From an uncultured Acidimicrobiia bacterium (GTDB lineage: Bacteria > Actinomycetota > Acidimicrobiia > Acidimicrobiales > Ilumatobacteraceae), in contig CAWGZN010000002.1 in assembly GCA_963827075.1 (NCBI GenBank), positions 54,099 through 118,098 on the forward strand: a DNA stretch of 64,000 nucleotides, in the 5' to 3' direction. A program made the position numbers and the translations under genes. Shown piece after piece: positions 41,144-50,833 of the stretch. Every line of letters begins with the position of its first letter. Within the stretch, counting starts at the first letter, position 1. A model generated the notes under the pieces. That model made no database searches and had not been told where the DNA came from. It worked only from the letters and a program-made list of their open reading frames with translations.

Positions 41144-42556
41144 ATGCCCCTGGTCGCCGGCGTCGACTCGTCCACGAGCGCAACCAAGGTCGAGGTGCGC
41201 GACCTCAACAGCGGTCGCGTCGTCGGTCGCGGCGCGGCGCCTCACGCTCCGACCCAGCCCCCGCGGTCCGAGCAGGAGCCGGCGGGCTGGTGGAGCGCGT
41301 TCGAGTCCGCCTACGACGAGGCCGGGGCGCCCGTGCTGGCGGCGATCAGCGTCGCCGGCCAGCAGCACGGGATGGTCCCGCTCGACGAGCAGCTCCACGT
41401 CATCCGCCCGGCCAAGCTGTGGAACGACACCGAGTCGGCCCCCGACGCCGCGTGGCTGATCGACCAGCTCCCCGGCGGCCGGCAGGCGTGGGCCGACGCG
41501 TGCGGGTCCGTACCGGTGGCGAGCTTCACGATCACCAAGCTGTCGTGGCTCCACCGCAGTGAGCCCGACGCGTGGTCCCGGCTCGCCCACGTCGTGCTTC
41601 CCCACGACTGGCTGACGTTCAAGCTGACCGGCCGGCTGGTCACCGACCGCGGGGACGCGTCGGGCACCGGGTACTGGTCAGCCGCCACCGGGAGCTACCG
41701 CCCCGACCTGCTCGCGATCGTCGACCGCGACCGGGACTGGTCGCCCGTCGTGCCCGCCGTTCTCGGGCCGGGCGAAGTCGCCGGCGAGTGGTCCGGCGCG
41801 GCGGTCGCCGCGGGCACCGGCGACAACATGGCCGGCGCACTCGGCGTCGGGCTGCGGACCCGGGACGTCGTCGTGTCGATCGGGACGTCGGGCACCGTCT
41901 ACGCGGTCAGCGACGAGCCGACCGCCGACCCGACCGGGATCGTCGCCGGGTTCGCCGACGCCACCGGCCGGCACCTGCCGCTCGTCTGCACGCTGAACGC
42001 GACGAAGGTCACCGAGGCCGTCCGCCGCCTGCTCGGGGTGACCCACGAAGAGTTCGACGAGCTCGCCCTCAGCGCTGCTCCAGGCTCCGGGGGCGTGACC
42101 CTGCTCCCCTATCTCGACGGCGAGCGGACGCCTGATCGGCCGAAGGCGACCGGCGTGCTCGCCGGGCTGCGCAGCGACGTCTCCCGTGAGCAGTTCGCCC
42201 GAGCGGCCGCCGAAGGCGTCGTGTGCGGGCTCCTCGACGGCCTCGACGCGCTGAGCGCGTTCGCGCCGACCGACGGGCGGCTGTTCCTCGTCGGCGGCGG
42301 CGCGCGGTCGCGTGCTTTCCGGCAGGTGCTCGCCGACCTCAGCGGGCGGCCCGTGCTCGTGCCCCACGACCAGGAGCAGGTCGCCACCGGCGCGTGCGTG
42401 CAGGCGGCGGCGATGGCCAGCGGCGCCGAACCGGCCGACGTCGCCGACAACTGGAGCCTGGACGCCGGTGAGCTCGTCGAGCCCGGCCCTGGCGCGGGGT
42501 CGGCGGCCGACGTGCGCGCCGCCTACGCCGCGCTCCGCGACGCCACGGCCGGATGA
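41144..42556 (+). CDS. xylB: Xylulokinase (FGGY family)
   Basis: Intact 470-aa ORF directly after xylA. Motifs are VAGVDSSTSATK, GQQHGMV, LWNDT and GTGDNMAGALG. Confidence 0.9.
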   Translation: MPLVAGVDSSTSATKVEVRDLNSGRVVGRGAAPHAPTQPPRSEQEPAGWWSAFESAYDEAGAPVLAAISVAGQQHGMVPLDEQLHVIRPAKLWNDTESAPDAAWLIDQLPGGRQAWADACGSVPVASFTITKLSWLHRSEPDAWSRLAHVVLPHDWLTFKLTGRLVTDRGDASGTGYWSAATGSYRPDLLAIVDRDRDWSPVVPAVLGPGEVAGEWSGAAVAAGTGDNMAGALGVGLRTRDVVVSIGTSGTVYAVSDEPTADPTGIVAGFADATGRHLPLVCTLNATKVTEAVRRLLGVTHEEFDELALSAAPGSGGVTLLPYLDGERTPDRPKATGVLAGLRSDVSREQFARAAAEGVVCGLLDGLDALSAFAPTDGRLFLVGGGARSRAFRQVLADLSGRPVLVPHDQEQVATGACVQAAAMASGAEPADVADNWSLDAGELVEPGPGAGSAADVRAAYAALRDATAG

Positions 42557-42616
42557 ACGGGCGGCCTGCGGGCTGTGCGACTCTGATGGCATGACGAGCG
42601 TCGCAGCGGCAGTGAC

Positions 42617-44263
42617 ATGACCGAGATGACCGGCGGCGAGGCGGTGGTGGCCGGGCTCCGCGCCCTCGGCGTGGAGCACGTGTTCGCCATCGTCAGCGTG
42701 CACAACCTCCCGACGCTCGACGCGATCGCCCGCGATCCCGACATGACGCTCGTCCCGGCCCGCCACGAACAGGGCGCCGTGCACGCCGCGGACGGGTACG
42801 CCCGGGCGACGGGCCGGCTCGGCGTGGCGATCACGAGCACCGGCCCCGGCGCGGCGAACGCCGTCGGGGGGCTGTTCGAGGCCCACTTCGCGTCGTCGCC
42901 GGTCCTCATGATCACCGGCCAGGTCGAAACCCCGTGGGTCGGCCGAGGACGGGGCGCGCTCCACGAGGCCGACCAGCAGATCGAGATGCTGCGGGCCGTG
43001 ACCCGACGGGCCGAGAGCGTCCGCCACCACAACGAGATCGCGGCCACCGTCGTGCGGTGCGGGCTCGACGCGCTGACCGGCCGTCCCCGGCCGGCGGCGA
43101 TCGAGATCCCGATCGATCTGCAGTACCACCGGGGCGAGGTCGAGGTGCCAACCGTCCACCGGCACCGTGAGCCGCCCGCCGACCTCGCCGTCGAGCGCGC
43201 CGTCGATCTGCTCGCCGGCGCGGAACAGCCGCTGCTGTGGGCTGGCGGCGGCGTCATCACGGCCAACGCGGCGGTGCCCTTCACCGCCCTCGCCGAGACT
43301 CTCGGCGCACCGGCGCTCACATCTGCGCACGGCCGCGGCGCGATCCCCGAGGACCACCCGCTCGCCCTCGGCGCCACGTTCGACCACGCGACGATGGATC
43401 CGATGATCGCCGGGGCTGACGTCGTGCTCGCCGTGGGCACCCGCTTCCAGATGACCGGCAACATCGAACGGGCAATGACGATCCCGGGCCGGCTCATCCA
43501 CAGTGACGTCGATCCCACCGTGATCGGCCGCAACCATCGCGCCGACGTCGCGCTCGTCGGCGACGCCCTGCTCACGCTCGAGGCCCTCGGTGCCCGGCTC
43601 GCCGAGCGGGCGGTACCGCCCGTCGACCCGGTGTGGGCGGAGCAGGGCCGGGCCGCGCGCGCCGCCGTCGAGGCCGAGATCCGGGACGCGATGGGCCACG
43701 ACCTGGAGAAGCTGATGGACGGCATGCGGGCCGCCCTGCCGCGTGACGCGATCGTCGTCAAGGACTCGACGATCGCGGCGTACCTGTGGGCCAACCGGCT
43801 GCTCGGCACGTACGAGCCGCGGACCACGATCCGCCCCCAGTCCGCGGCGATCGGACCAGGAGTGCCGCTGGCCATCGGGGCGGCGCTCGGTACCGGCCGG
43901 CGGACCCTCGTCATCCAGGGCGACGGCGGGCTGATGCTCAGCCTCGGCGAGCTGGCCACCGCGGTCCAGCAGCGGCTGCCGATCGTCGTCTGCGTGTTCA
44001 ACGACCGCGGCTACGGCATCCTGCGGTACCTCCAGGACGTCCTGCTCGACGGCCGGCGCACGGGTGTCGACCTCACCACTCCCGACTTCGTGGCGATGGC
44101 CCGGGCGATGGGGATGGAGGCCGAACCCGTCGACAGCGTCGAGTCGTTCGAGGACGCGTTCGCCCGCGCCTGCCGCGCCGACGGGCCGTGGCTGCTCGAC
44201 ATCGATCTCACCCGCTTCACCCCGATGGAGATCCGGCCCCAGCGGCCCCCGCGGAGGAACTGA
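42617..44263 (+). CDS. Thiamine-diphosphate-dependent enzyme (acetolactate synthase large-subunit family)
   Basis: Intact 548-aa ORF with [27 protein letters not shown] and the ThDP motif [17 protein letters not shown]...VFNDRGYG. Confidence 0.85.
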   Translation: MTEMTGGEAVVAGLRALGVEHVFAIVSVHNLPTLDAIARDPDMTLVPARHEQGAVHAADGYARATGRLGVAITSTGPGAANAVGGLFEAHFASSPVLMITGQVETPWVGRGRGALHEADQQIEMLRAVTRRAESVRHHNEIAATVVRCGLDALTGRPRPAAIEIPIDLQYHRGEVEVPTVHRHREPPADLAVERAVDLLAGAEQPLLWAGGGVITANAAVPFTALAETLGAPALTSAHGRGAIPEDHPLALGATFDHATMDPMIAGADVVLAVGTRFQMTGNIERAMTIPGRLIHSDVDPTVIGRNHRADVALVGDALLTLEALGARLAERAVPPVDPVWAEQGRAARAAVEAEIRDAMGHDLEKLMDGMRAALPRDAIVVKDSTIAAYLWANRLLGTYEPRTTIRPQSAAIGPGVPLAIGAALGTGRRTLVIQGDGGLMLSLGELATAVQQRLPIVVCVFNDRGYGILRYLQDVLLDGRRTGVDLTTPDFVAMARAMGMEAEPVDSVESFEDAFARACRADGPWLLDIDLTRFTPMEIRPQRPPRRN

Positions 44264-45649
44264 TGGACACGTTCGACGTTGTCGTGATCGGGGCCGGGCC
44301 GGCCGGCGAGAACGTCGCCGGGCGGTGCGCGGACGCCGGACTGGAGACGGCGATCGTCGAGCGCGAGCTGGTCGGCGGCGAGTGCTCCTTCTGGGGCTGC
44401 ATCCCGTCCAAGACGCTCATCCGGCCGGGCGACCTGCTCGGCCGCGGCGCGGCGCGCTCCCGGTGCCGCCAGCGCGGTCACCGGACGGCTGGACGCCGAG
44501 GCGGCGTTCGCGTGGCGCAACCAGATGACGAGCGACTGGGACGACGCCGGCCAGCTGCCCTGGCTCGAGGACCGCGGGGTAACGCTCGTGCGAGGGATCG
44601 GACGCCTCGCCGGCGAACGCCGCGTCGACGTCGAGGCCGGCGACGGCTCGTCACGCGCCCTGTCGGCGCGACAGGCGGTCGTGCTCGCCACGGGGACCGG
44701 TGCATCCAGGCCGCCGGTGCCCGGCCTCGGCGACATCGAGGTGTGGGACAACCGCGGCGCGACCGCGGCGACCACGGTCCCGAATCGGCTGCTCGTGCTC
44801 GGCGGCGGCGCGATCGGCGCCGAGCTCGCCCAGGCGTTCCGCCGCCTCGGCGCCGACGTGACGGTGGTCGAGGTCGCCCCGCGGCTGATCGCCCGGGAGG
44901 AGCCCTTCGCCAGCGACGAGGTGCTCGCCGGTCTGCAGGCCGACGGCATCGACGTCCACCTCGGCGTCAAGGTCACGCACGTCGCGCGCGAGGGCACGGG
45001 CCCGGTCACGATGGGCCTCGACGGCGGCACGGAGCTGAGGGGCGACGAGCTACTCGTGGCCGCCGGCCGCCGCCCGTCGACTGGAGATCTCGGACTCGAC
45101 ACGGTCGGGCTCGAACCGGGCAAGTACGTCGACGTCGACGACCAGCTCTGCGCCACGGGTGTGGACGGCGGCTGGCTCTACGCCGTCGGTGACTGCAACG
45201 GTCGGTCCCTGCTCACGCACATGGGGAAGTACCAGGCCCGCATCGCGGCCGACGTCATCGCGGGCAAGGACGTGCGCAGCGTCGCCGACGACGGGATCGT
45301 CCCCCGGGTCACGTTCACCGATCCCCAAGTGTGCGCAGTCGGGCGGACCGAGGCCGAGGCGCGCGACAAGGGGATGGACGTGCGAACCGTCCGCTTCCCC
45401 ACCGGTGACGTCGCCGGGGCCTCGGTGCTCGGCGAGGAGTTCCCCGGCACGAGCCAGCTGCTCGTCGACAACGAGCGCGACGTCCTCGTCGGCGCGACGT
45501 TCGTCGGACCGGGCGTGCAGGAGCTGCTCCACTCGGCCACGGTGGCGATCGCGGGCGAGGTGCCCCTCGACCGCTTGTGGCACGCGGTGCCGTCGTTCCC
45601 GACGGTCAGCGAGGTGTGGCTGCGCCTGCTCGAGGCCGACGGCCGCTAA
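44263..45649 (+). pseudogene. Pyridine nucleotide-disulfide oxidoreductase (dihydrolipoyl dehydrogenase/mercuric-reductase-like); one frame switch
   Basis: [13 protein letters not shown]...[13 protein letters not shown] redox-active disulfide. There is a switch near 44440, then 374 aa are intact including the dimerisation domain. A TGATG overlap joins it to the ThDP enzyme gene. Confidence 0.85.
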
Positions 45650-45650
45650 C

Positions 45651-45733
45651 CACCCGAGTGTCTTCGTGCATCGGAGTGCGTTGTGAGGGGCCTTCCCGCA
45701 CGCGGCACTCGGTTGCGACAAGACACTCGGATG
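45651..45733. repeat. Family A element, copy A4 (83 bp)
   Basis: CACCCGAGTGTCTTCGTGCATCGGAGTGCGTTGTGAGGGGCCTTCCCGCACGCGGCACTCGGTTGCGACAAGACACTCGGATG. It begins 2 nt after a TAA stop, between convergent genes. Confidence 0.85.
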
Positions 45734-45751
45734 TGGTGATGACGAGAGGAA

Positions 45752-46107
45752 TTAGATGCCGAGCAGCTTGGCCTTGGCGGCGGCGAACTCCTCGTCGGTG
45801 AGGATCCCCTGCTGCTTGAGCTGAGCGAGCCGCTCGAGCTCGGCGATCGGGTCCGGTGCCGCGGCGGGCGCGGCCGCTTGTTGCGCGGCGGCCTGCTGCG
45901 CGGCGGCCTGCTGGGCGGCGGCGTCCATCGCGGCCTGCTGCTGCTCCTGCTGATAAGCCTGGGCGTCGGCGGCCTGCTGTGCTTTCGCCTGCTGGCGGTG
46001 GCTCACGCCGCCGACGACCGCCGTGGCCGTGCCGGCGACGACGGCAGTGCGGGCCGCCGTGCCGATCAGGCTGGGCCGGCCGACCCGACCGATTCCGCGT
46101 CTCATCA
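45752..46107 (-). CDS. SHOCT-domain protein with Gln/Ala-rich low-complexity linker
   Basis: MMRRGIGR... with a GAGGAG Shine-Dalgarno sequence upstream. The C-terminus is ELERLAQLKQQGILTDEEFAAAKAKLLGI (SHOCT). The (AAQQ)n stretch lies at about 45880-45960. Confidence 0.7.
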
Positions 46108-46139
46108 TGACTGTCTCCTCTCGGGGTGTGCGTATGTTC

Positions 46140-46586
46140 TCAGTCCTCGGCGCCGCTCGCCGCCATCGCGGCGGCCACGGTCTCGGCGTCGAGGCGATCG
46201 TGGGCGACGAGTCTTCCGCCGGCATCGCGGACCGCGGTGACGAGGCGACGGGCCCAGGTGTTCTCCCACACGACCAACATCGCCGAACTGCCCGGCGACA
46301 GCGCCTCGCCCGCCTGCAGGAGATCATCGTCGCTCAACAGGCCATTGATCTGGCCGTCGAGTTCGTCGAACGCGGCGGCGGTCTCGTCATCGAGGTCGTC
46401 GAGCTCCGCACCGATCACCGTGCCGTCCTCGTCCTTCATCACGAACGCCAAGTCGATGATCGTCACGATGCCGCTCTCGACGAGCTCGATCATCGCCGGG
46501 ACGATCTCCCCCTTGAACTGACTGCCGGGGAACTCGACGACGGCGATCTCGACAGCACCGGTGGACTCTTCGTCGGACATGCACAC
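46140..46586 (-). CDS. DUF6325-like small acidic protein
   Basis: VEIAVVEFPGSQFKGEIVPAMIELVESGIVTIIDLAFVMKDEDGTV...GSSAMLVVWENTWARRL matches my memory of the family usually paired with SHOCT proteins. The start may be the ATG at 46580. Confidence 0.6.
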   Translation of the reverse strand: MCMSDEESTGAVEIAVVEFPGSQFKGEIVPAMIELVESGIVTIIDLAFVMKDEDGTVIGAELDDLDDETAAAFDELDGQINGLLSDDDLLQAGEALSPGSSAMLVVWENTWARRLVTAVRDAGGRLVAHDRLDAETVAAAMAASGAED

Positions 46587-46637
46587 CTCCGTGTAGACCG
46601 CTGCGACAGTAACGCGCGCAGCGATTGCGCCGCACCG

Positions 46638-46709
46638 TGCCCCCCCAGGGGCTCGAACCCTGAACCAATGGATTAAAAGTCCACTGCTCTACCGTTGAGC
46701 TAGAGGGGC
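46638..46709 (-). tRNA. tRNA-Lys (anticodon UUU)
   Basis: Manual cloverleaf on the minus strand. Acceptor GCCCCTC/GGGGGGC, D arm GCTC-AACGGTA-GAGC, anticodon arm GTGGA-CTTTTAA-TCCAT, T arm CAGGG-TTCGAGC-CCCTG, discriminator A. No CCA is encoded. Length is 72 nt. Confidence 0.9.
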
Positions 46710-46761
46710 GTCGCGCGTCAACGTACCGGCCGGCGAGGGCTCCTTCTCTAGCCTCGACCGC

Positions 46762-47395
46762 ATGACGTCACCGGCCGCCGCCGAGCGAAGCGCGTTGTGC
46801 GACCTCTTCCTCGAGGTCGGCCCCGACGCTCCCACGCTGTGCACAGGATGGACGACCCGCGACCTGGCCGCCCACCTCGTCGTGCGCGAGCGGCGACCCG
46901 ACGCCGCGGCCGGAATCGTCCTGCGACCCCTCGCCGCCTACGGCGAGAAGGTCCGCCTGACCGAGGCGGCGCGCCCGTGGGAGGAACTCGTCGAGTTGGT
47001 GCGGCGCGGCCCGCCGCGCTGGAACCCGATGCGGGTCGACGCCGTCGATCGACTCGCCAACAGCATCGAGTTCTTCGTCCACCACGAGGACGTCCGCCGA
47101 GCCCGGCCGGGCTGGGTGCCTCGCGCCCTCGACCCCGCGCTCGAAGACGCCCTCGCCACCTCCATCGCCCACGGCGGGAGACTGCTCGACGCGCAAGGCC
47201 GGCGTCGGCATCACGCTCGAGCCGTTGGGACGCGAGCGGATCGAGCTGCGCAGCGGGACCACAGCGGTCTCGATCCGGGGACCGCTCCCGGAGGGAGTGC
47301 TCTACCTGTACGGGCGCAAGGACGTCGCCCAGGTCGAGCTCGACGGCCCGCCGGACGCGGTCGCGGCGGTCCGCGCTACCCAATTCGGCTTGTGA
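46762..47395 (+). pseudogene. Mycothiol-dependent maleylpyruvate isomerase-like (DinB/TIGR03085-type) protein; one frame switch
   Basis: ERSALCDLFLEVGPDAPTLCTGWTTRDLAAHLVVRE...EFFVHHEDVRRA, then a switch near 47185, then ...ITLEPLGRERIELRSG...VELDGPPDAVAAVRATQFGL*. Confidence 0.7.
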
Positions 47396-47418
47396 GCGCC
47401 CGGCGATAGGTTGCCGCG

Positions 47419-49839
47419 ATGACCGACACGATGCGCAGAGTGCCCGGCTCGATCCTCGGTACCAGGGTCGTGCGGACGGAGGACCCCGATCTGCTCACCG
47501 GCGCGGCGCGCTACGTCAACGACCTCGACCTGCCCGGGAAGCTGCACGCCGCGTTCGCCCGCTCCGAGAACGCCCACGCCGAGCTGCGCGCCGTCCATGT
47601 CGACGACGCCCTCGCCGTCCCCGGGGTGGTCGCGGTCTACACGGCGGCCGACCTCGGTGTCGCGCCCCACCACGGCTTCGTGACCGTGCACGCCGACTTC
47701 GCCCGACCGCCGCTGGCCGACGGCGTGGTGCGGTTCGTGGGCGAGGCGATCGCGATCATCGTCGCCGAATCCGTCGCCGCCGCGGTGGACGGGGCCGCCG
47801 CCGTCTGGGGCGACTACGCGCCGCTTCCCGCGGTCACCGACCCAGAGGCGGCCCTGGATGCCGATGCGCCGGTGATCTTCCCGGCGCACGGGTCGAACCA
47901 GGCGCTCGTGGCGACCGACGCGGAGCCGATCGACCTCGGCGACGGGGACAACGGCGTCGTCGTGGTCCGTGGCCGCTACGTCAATCAGCGCATGGCGGTC
48001 GTGCCGATGGAGCCGAACAGCGCGGCCGTGGTTCCCGCCGACGGCGACCGCATGACGTTCTACGCCTCGAACCAGATGCCGCACATGGTGCGGAACCAGC
48101 TGGCCGGCGTGCTCGGCATGGACGCCGAACAGATCAGGGTCATCGCCCCCCAGGTGGGCGGCGGGTTCGGGGGGAAGCCCGGGCTCGTTCCCGAGTACTC
48201 CGCGATCGCGGCCGCGGCCAGGCACCTCGGGCAGCCGGTGACGTGGACCCCGACGCGCAGCGACGACCTCATCGCCCAACCGCACAGCCGCGGTCAGGTC
48301 CAGTACGCCGAGCTCGGCTGCCGCCCCGACGGGACGTTCACCGGATTGCGCGTGCGCCTGCTCGGTGACGCCGGTGCGTATCCCGGCATCGGGGCCTTCC
48401 TCCCGGGCGGCACCAAGCGCATGGCGAACGGCACGTACCGCTTCCCGGCGATCCAGTTCGACGTCGCCGTCGCCGTCACCAACACGACCCCGATGGGCGC
48501 GTACCGCGGCGCCGGCCGCCCGGAGGCGACCGCCCTGCTGGAACGCCTCGTCGACCACGCCGCCCACGAGCTCGGCATCGACCCGATCGAGCTGCGCCGG
48601 CGCAACCTGCTCACCGACGACGTGTTCCCGTTCCGGACGCTGACCGGGCTGACGTACGACAGCGGCGCCTACACCACGCCGCTCGATCTCGCCGCCGAGG
48701 CGGTCGGCTACGAGGCGCTGCGCCGCGAGCAGGCCGAGCGGCGCCAACGGGGCGATCGTGTCGCGCTCGGGATCGGCGTCGCCACGTACGTCGAGATCAC
48801 GGCCGGTGGCGGCACGGGCGAGTTCGGCGCGGTGGAGGTCCACGACGACGGCTCGGCCACGGTACGTGCGGGCACGTTCTCCCACGGCCAGGGCCACCAG
48901 ACCGCCTTCGCCATGCTCGTCACCGAGCAGACCGGCATCCCGGTCGACCGCATCCGCCTCGTCGACGGCGACACCGACCGCGTGCCGCGTGGTGGCGGCA
49001 CCGGCGGATCGCGCTCGCTGCAGCTCGGCGGCACCGCCGTGCATCAGGCGACGGAGGCGATGGTGGCCAAGGCCAAGCGGCTCGCCGCCCACGCCCTCGA
49101 GGCCGCCGAGGCCGACATCGTGGTCGACACGGCCACGGCGAGCGTGGGCGTCGCCGGCGTGCCGGCGCGGGCACTGACCTGGGGCGAGCTCGCGGGCAGG
49201 GCGAAGGACGCTCCGCCCGAGCTCCTCGACGGTGAGCCCGGCCTGTTCGCCGAGGCCCAGTTCGACCAGGCCGACTCGACGTTCCCGTTCGGCGCCCACA
49301 TCGCCGTGGTCGAGGTCGACCTGGACACCGGCCGGGCGCGGGTCGTGCGGCACGTCGCCGTCGACGACTGCGGCACCGTGATCAACCCGCTGCTCGTCGA
49401 GGGTCAGCAGCACGGCGGCGTGGCCGCCGGTATCGGGCAGGCCCTCTACGAGGAGGTGCTGCACGATTCCGACGGCAACCCGCTGACGGCGACGCTGGTC
49501 GACTACGGCATCCCGACCGCGGCCGAGCTGCCCAGCTTCGACGTGCGCTCGACCGAGACCCCGACCCCGCTCAACCCGCTCGGGGCCAAGGGCATCGGCG
49601 AGGCGGCGACGATCGGCTCGACCCCGGCAGTGCAGAACGCGGTGATCGACGCCCTCGCCCACCTCGGCGTGCGCCACCTCGACCTGCCGTGCACGCCCGA
49701 GCGGGTCTGGCGGGCGATCCGGGACGCCGAGGCCGGCACCCTGCCCGACCCGTGGCGGGACCCGCCCGCCGTGTTCGACGACCTCAGGTCCGGTGAGTCC
49801 GCCGACGCCGAAGGCGTGGAGGCAGCCGAGGGGATCTGA
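47419..49839 (+). CDS. Xanthine dehydrogenase-family molybdopterin-binding large subunit (CoxL/aldehyde oxidase-like)
   Basis: Intact 806-aa ORF with RVEDPDLLTG, GGGFGGK, GAYRGAGRPEA, SHGQGH.T and PLGAKGIGE motifs. No FAD or 2Fe-2S subunit genes are adjacent. Confidence 0.88.
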   Translation: MTDTMRRVPGSILGTRVVRTEDPDLLTGAARYVNDLDLPGKLHAAFARSENAHAELRAVHVDDALAVPGVVAVYTAADLGVAPHHGFVTVHADFARPPLADGVVRFVGEAIAIIVAESVAAAVDGAAAVWGDYAPLPAVTDPEAALDADAPVIFPAHGSNQALVATDAEPIDLGDGDNGVVVVRGRYVNQRMAVVPMEPNSAAVVPADGDRMTFYASNQMPHMVRNQLAGVLGMDAEQIRVIAPQVGGGFGGKPGLVPEYSAIAAAARHLGQPVTWTPTRSDDLIAQPHSRGQVQYAELGCRPDGTFTGLRVRLLGDAGAYPGIGAFLPGGTKRMANGTYRFPAIQFDVAVAVTNTTPMGAYRGAGRPEATALLERLVDHAAHELGIDPIELRRRNLLTDDVFPFRTLTGLTYDSGAYTTPLDLAAEAVGYEALRREQAERRQRGDRVALGIGVATYVEITAGGGTGEFGAVEVHDDGSATVRAGTFSHGQGHQTAFAMLVTEQTGIPVDRIRLVDGDTDRVPRGGGTGGSRSLQLGGTAVHQATEAMVAKAKRLAAHALEAAEADIVVDTATASVGVAGVPARALTWGELAGRAKDAPPELLDGEPGLFAEAQFDQADSTFPFGAHIAVVEVDLDTGRARVVRHVAVDDCGTVINPLLVEGQQHGGVAAGIGQALYEEVLHDSDGNPLTATLVDYGIPTAAELPSFDVRSTETPTPLNPLGAKGIGEAATIGSTPAVQNAVIDALAHLGVRHLDLPCTPERVWRAIRDAEAGTLPDPWRDPPAVFDDLRSGESADAEGVEAAEGI

Positions 49840-49863
49840 GGCGATCTGCCCCGCCCGCTCCGT

Positions 49864-49944
49864 CCAATCTGGGCGCGATCGTTCTCACGGACCGATCTGG
49901 GCGCGGTTATTTCCACCTCCCGAGAAGAATCGCGCCCAGATGGG
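49864..49944. repeat. Family C palindromic element, copy C1 (81 bp)
   Basis: CCAATCTGGGCGCGATCGTTCTCACGGACCGATCTGGGCGCGGTTATTTCCACCTCCCGAGAAGAATCGCGCCCAGATGGG. The core ATCTGGGCGCG occurs twice direct and once inverted. Copies lie at 60731 and 61764, with a fragment at 15385-15400. Confidence 0.85.
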
Positions 49945-49977
49945 AGTGGCACGGCGCGACTGCGCTACAAACGCGCG

Positions 49978-50833
49978 ATGGCGTACGAGCAGATCCTCTA
50001 CGAGGTCGACGACCCGGTCGCGACCATCACCCTCAACCGGCCCGAGGCGCTCAATGCCTGGACCGACACCATGGCCGGCGAGGTCCGCGATGCCGTCGGC
50101 CGCGCCGAGCACGACCAGTCCGTGGTCGGCATCGTCTTGACGGGCGCCGGCCGCGGGCTTCTGCGCCGGCGCCGACATGAACCGCCTCTCGGCGCTGTCC
50201 GGCGCCGACGGTGGCGGCGGCACGGCCGGCCAGGAGACCTCGACCCCGTTCACCGAGGCGTCGATCCCGAAGCCGGGCGACGAGTCGTGGGGCGACGATC
50301 TCCGCGGCACCTACACCTACTTCCTGTCGGTGCCCAAGCCGATCGTCGCGGCGATCAACGGCCCCGTCGCCGGCATGGGCGTCCCGATCGCCCTCGCCTG
50401 CGACCTCCGGTTCATGAACGAGGCGACCGTGCTCACGACGTCGTTCGCCCAGCGCGGCCTCGTCGCCGAATGGGGGCTGTCGTGGCTCCTCACCCGACTG
50501 GTCGGCCCGGCCCACGCGCTCGACCTGCTGTTCACGGCGCGCCGCGTCGGCGGCGAGGAGGCTGCCCGCATCGGACTCGTCAACCGGGCCCTCCCCGCCG
50601 ACGAGGTGCTCGCCGCCGCCCAGGACTACGTCCGCGAGGTCGCCCGCACGTCGTCGCCGACGTCGATGGCGATCATGAAGCGGCAGGTGTACACCGAGCT
50701 GCACGCCGGCCTCGGCGCCGCCGAACGCAACGCGCTCGAGCTGATGCGGGCGAGCTTCGAGCGCCCCGACTTCGCCGAGGGCGTCGCCTCCTACATCGAA
50801 CGCCGCGACCCGAAGTTCCCCCGTTTGGACTAG
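49978..50833 (+). pseudogene. Enoyl-CoA hydratase/isomerase (crotonase) family; one frame switch
   Basis: ILYEVDDPVATITLNRPEALNAW...IVLTGAGRG, then a switch near 50155 (extra G), then ...FCAGADMN...KPIVAAINGPVAGMGVPIALACDLR... Confidence 0.85.

Noticed and set aside
46587-46761. Integrated element at tRNA-Lys
   Set aside because: I could not see an integrase, an excisionase or a repeat of the tRNA 3' end on either flank.
47302-49677. 791-aa ORF antisense to the CoxL-like gene. Similar long antisense or alternate-frame ORFs lie at 61200-63923, 41678-43699, 39609-41183, 30396-32759 and 34767-36902
   Set aside because: All have Arg/Gly/Pro/Asp-rich low-complexity translations and overlap well-supported genes. 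They are typical GC-rich shadow frames.
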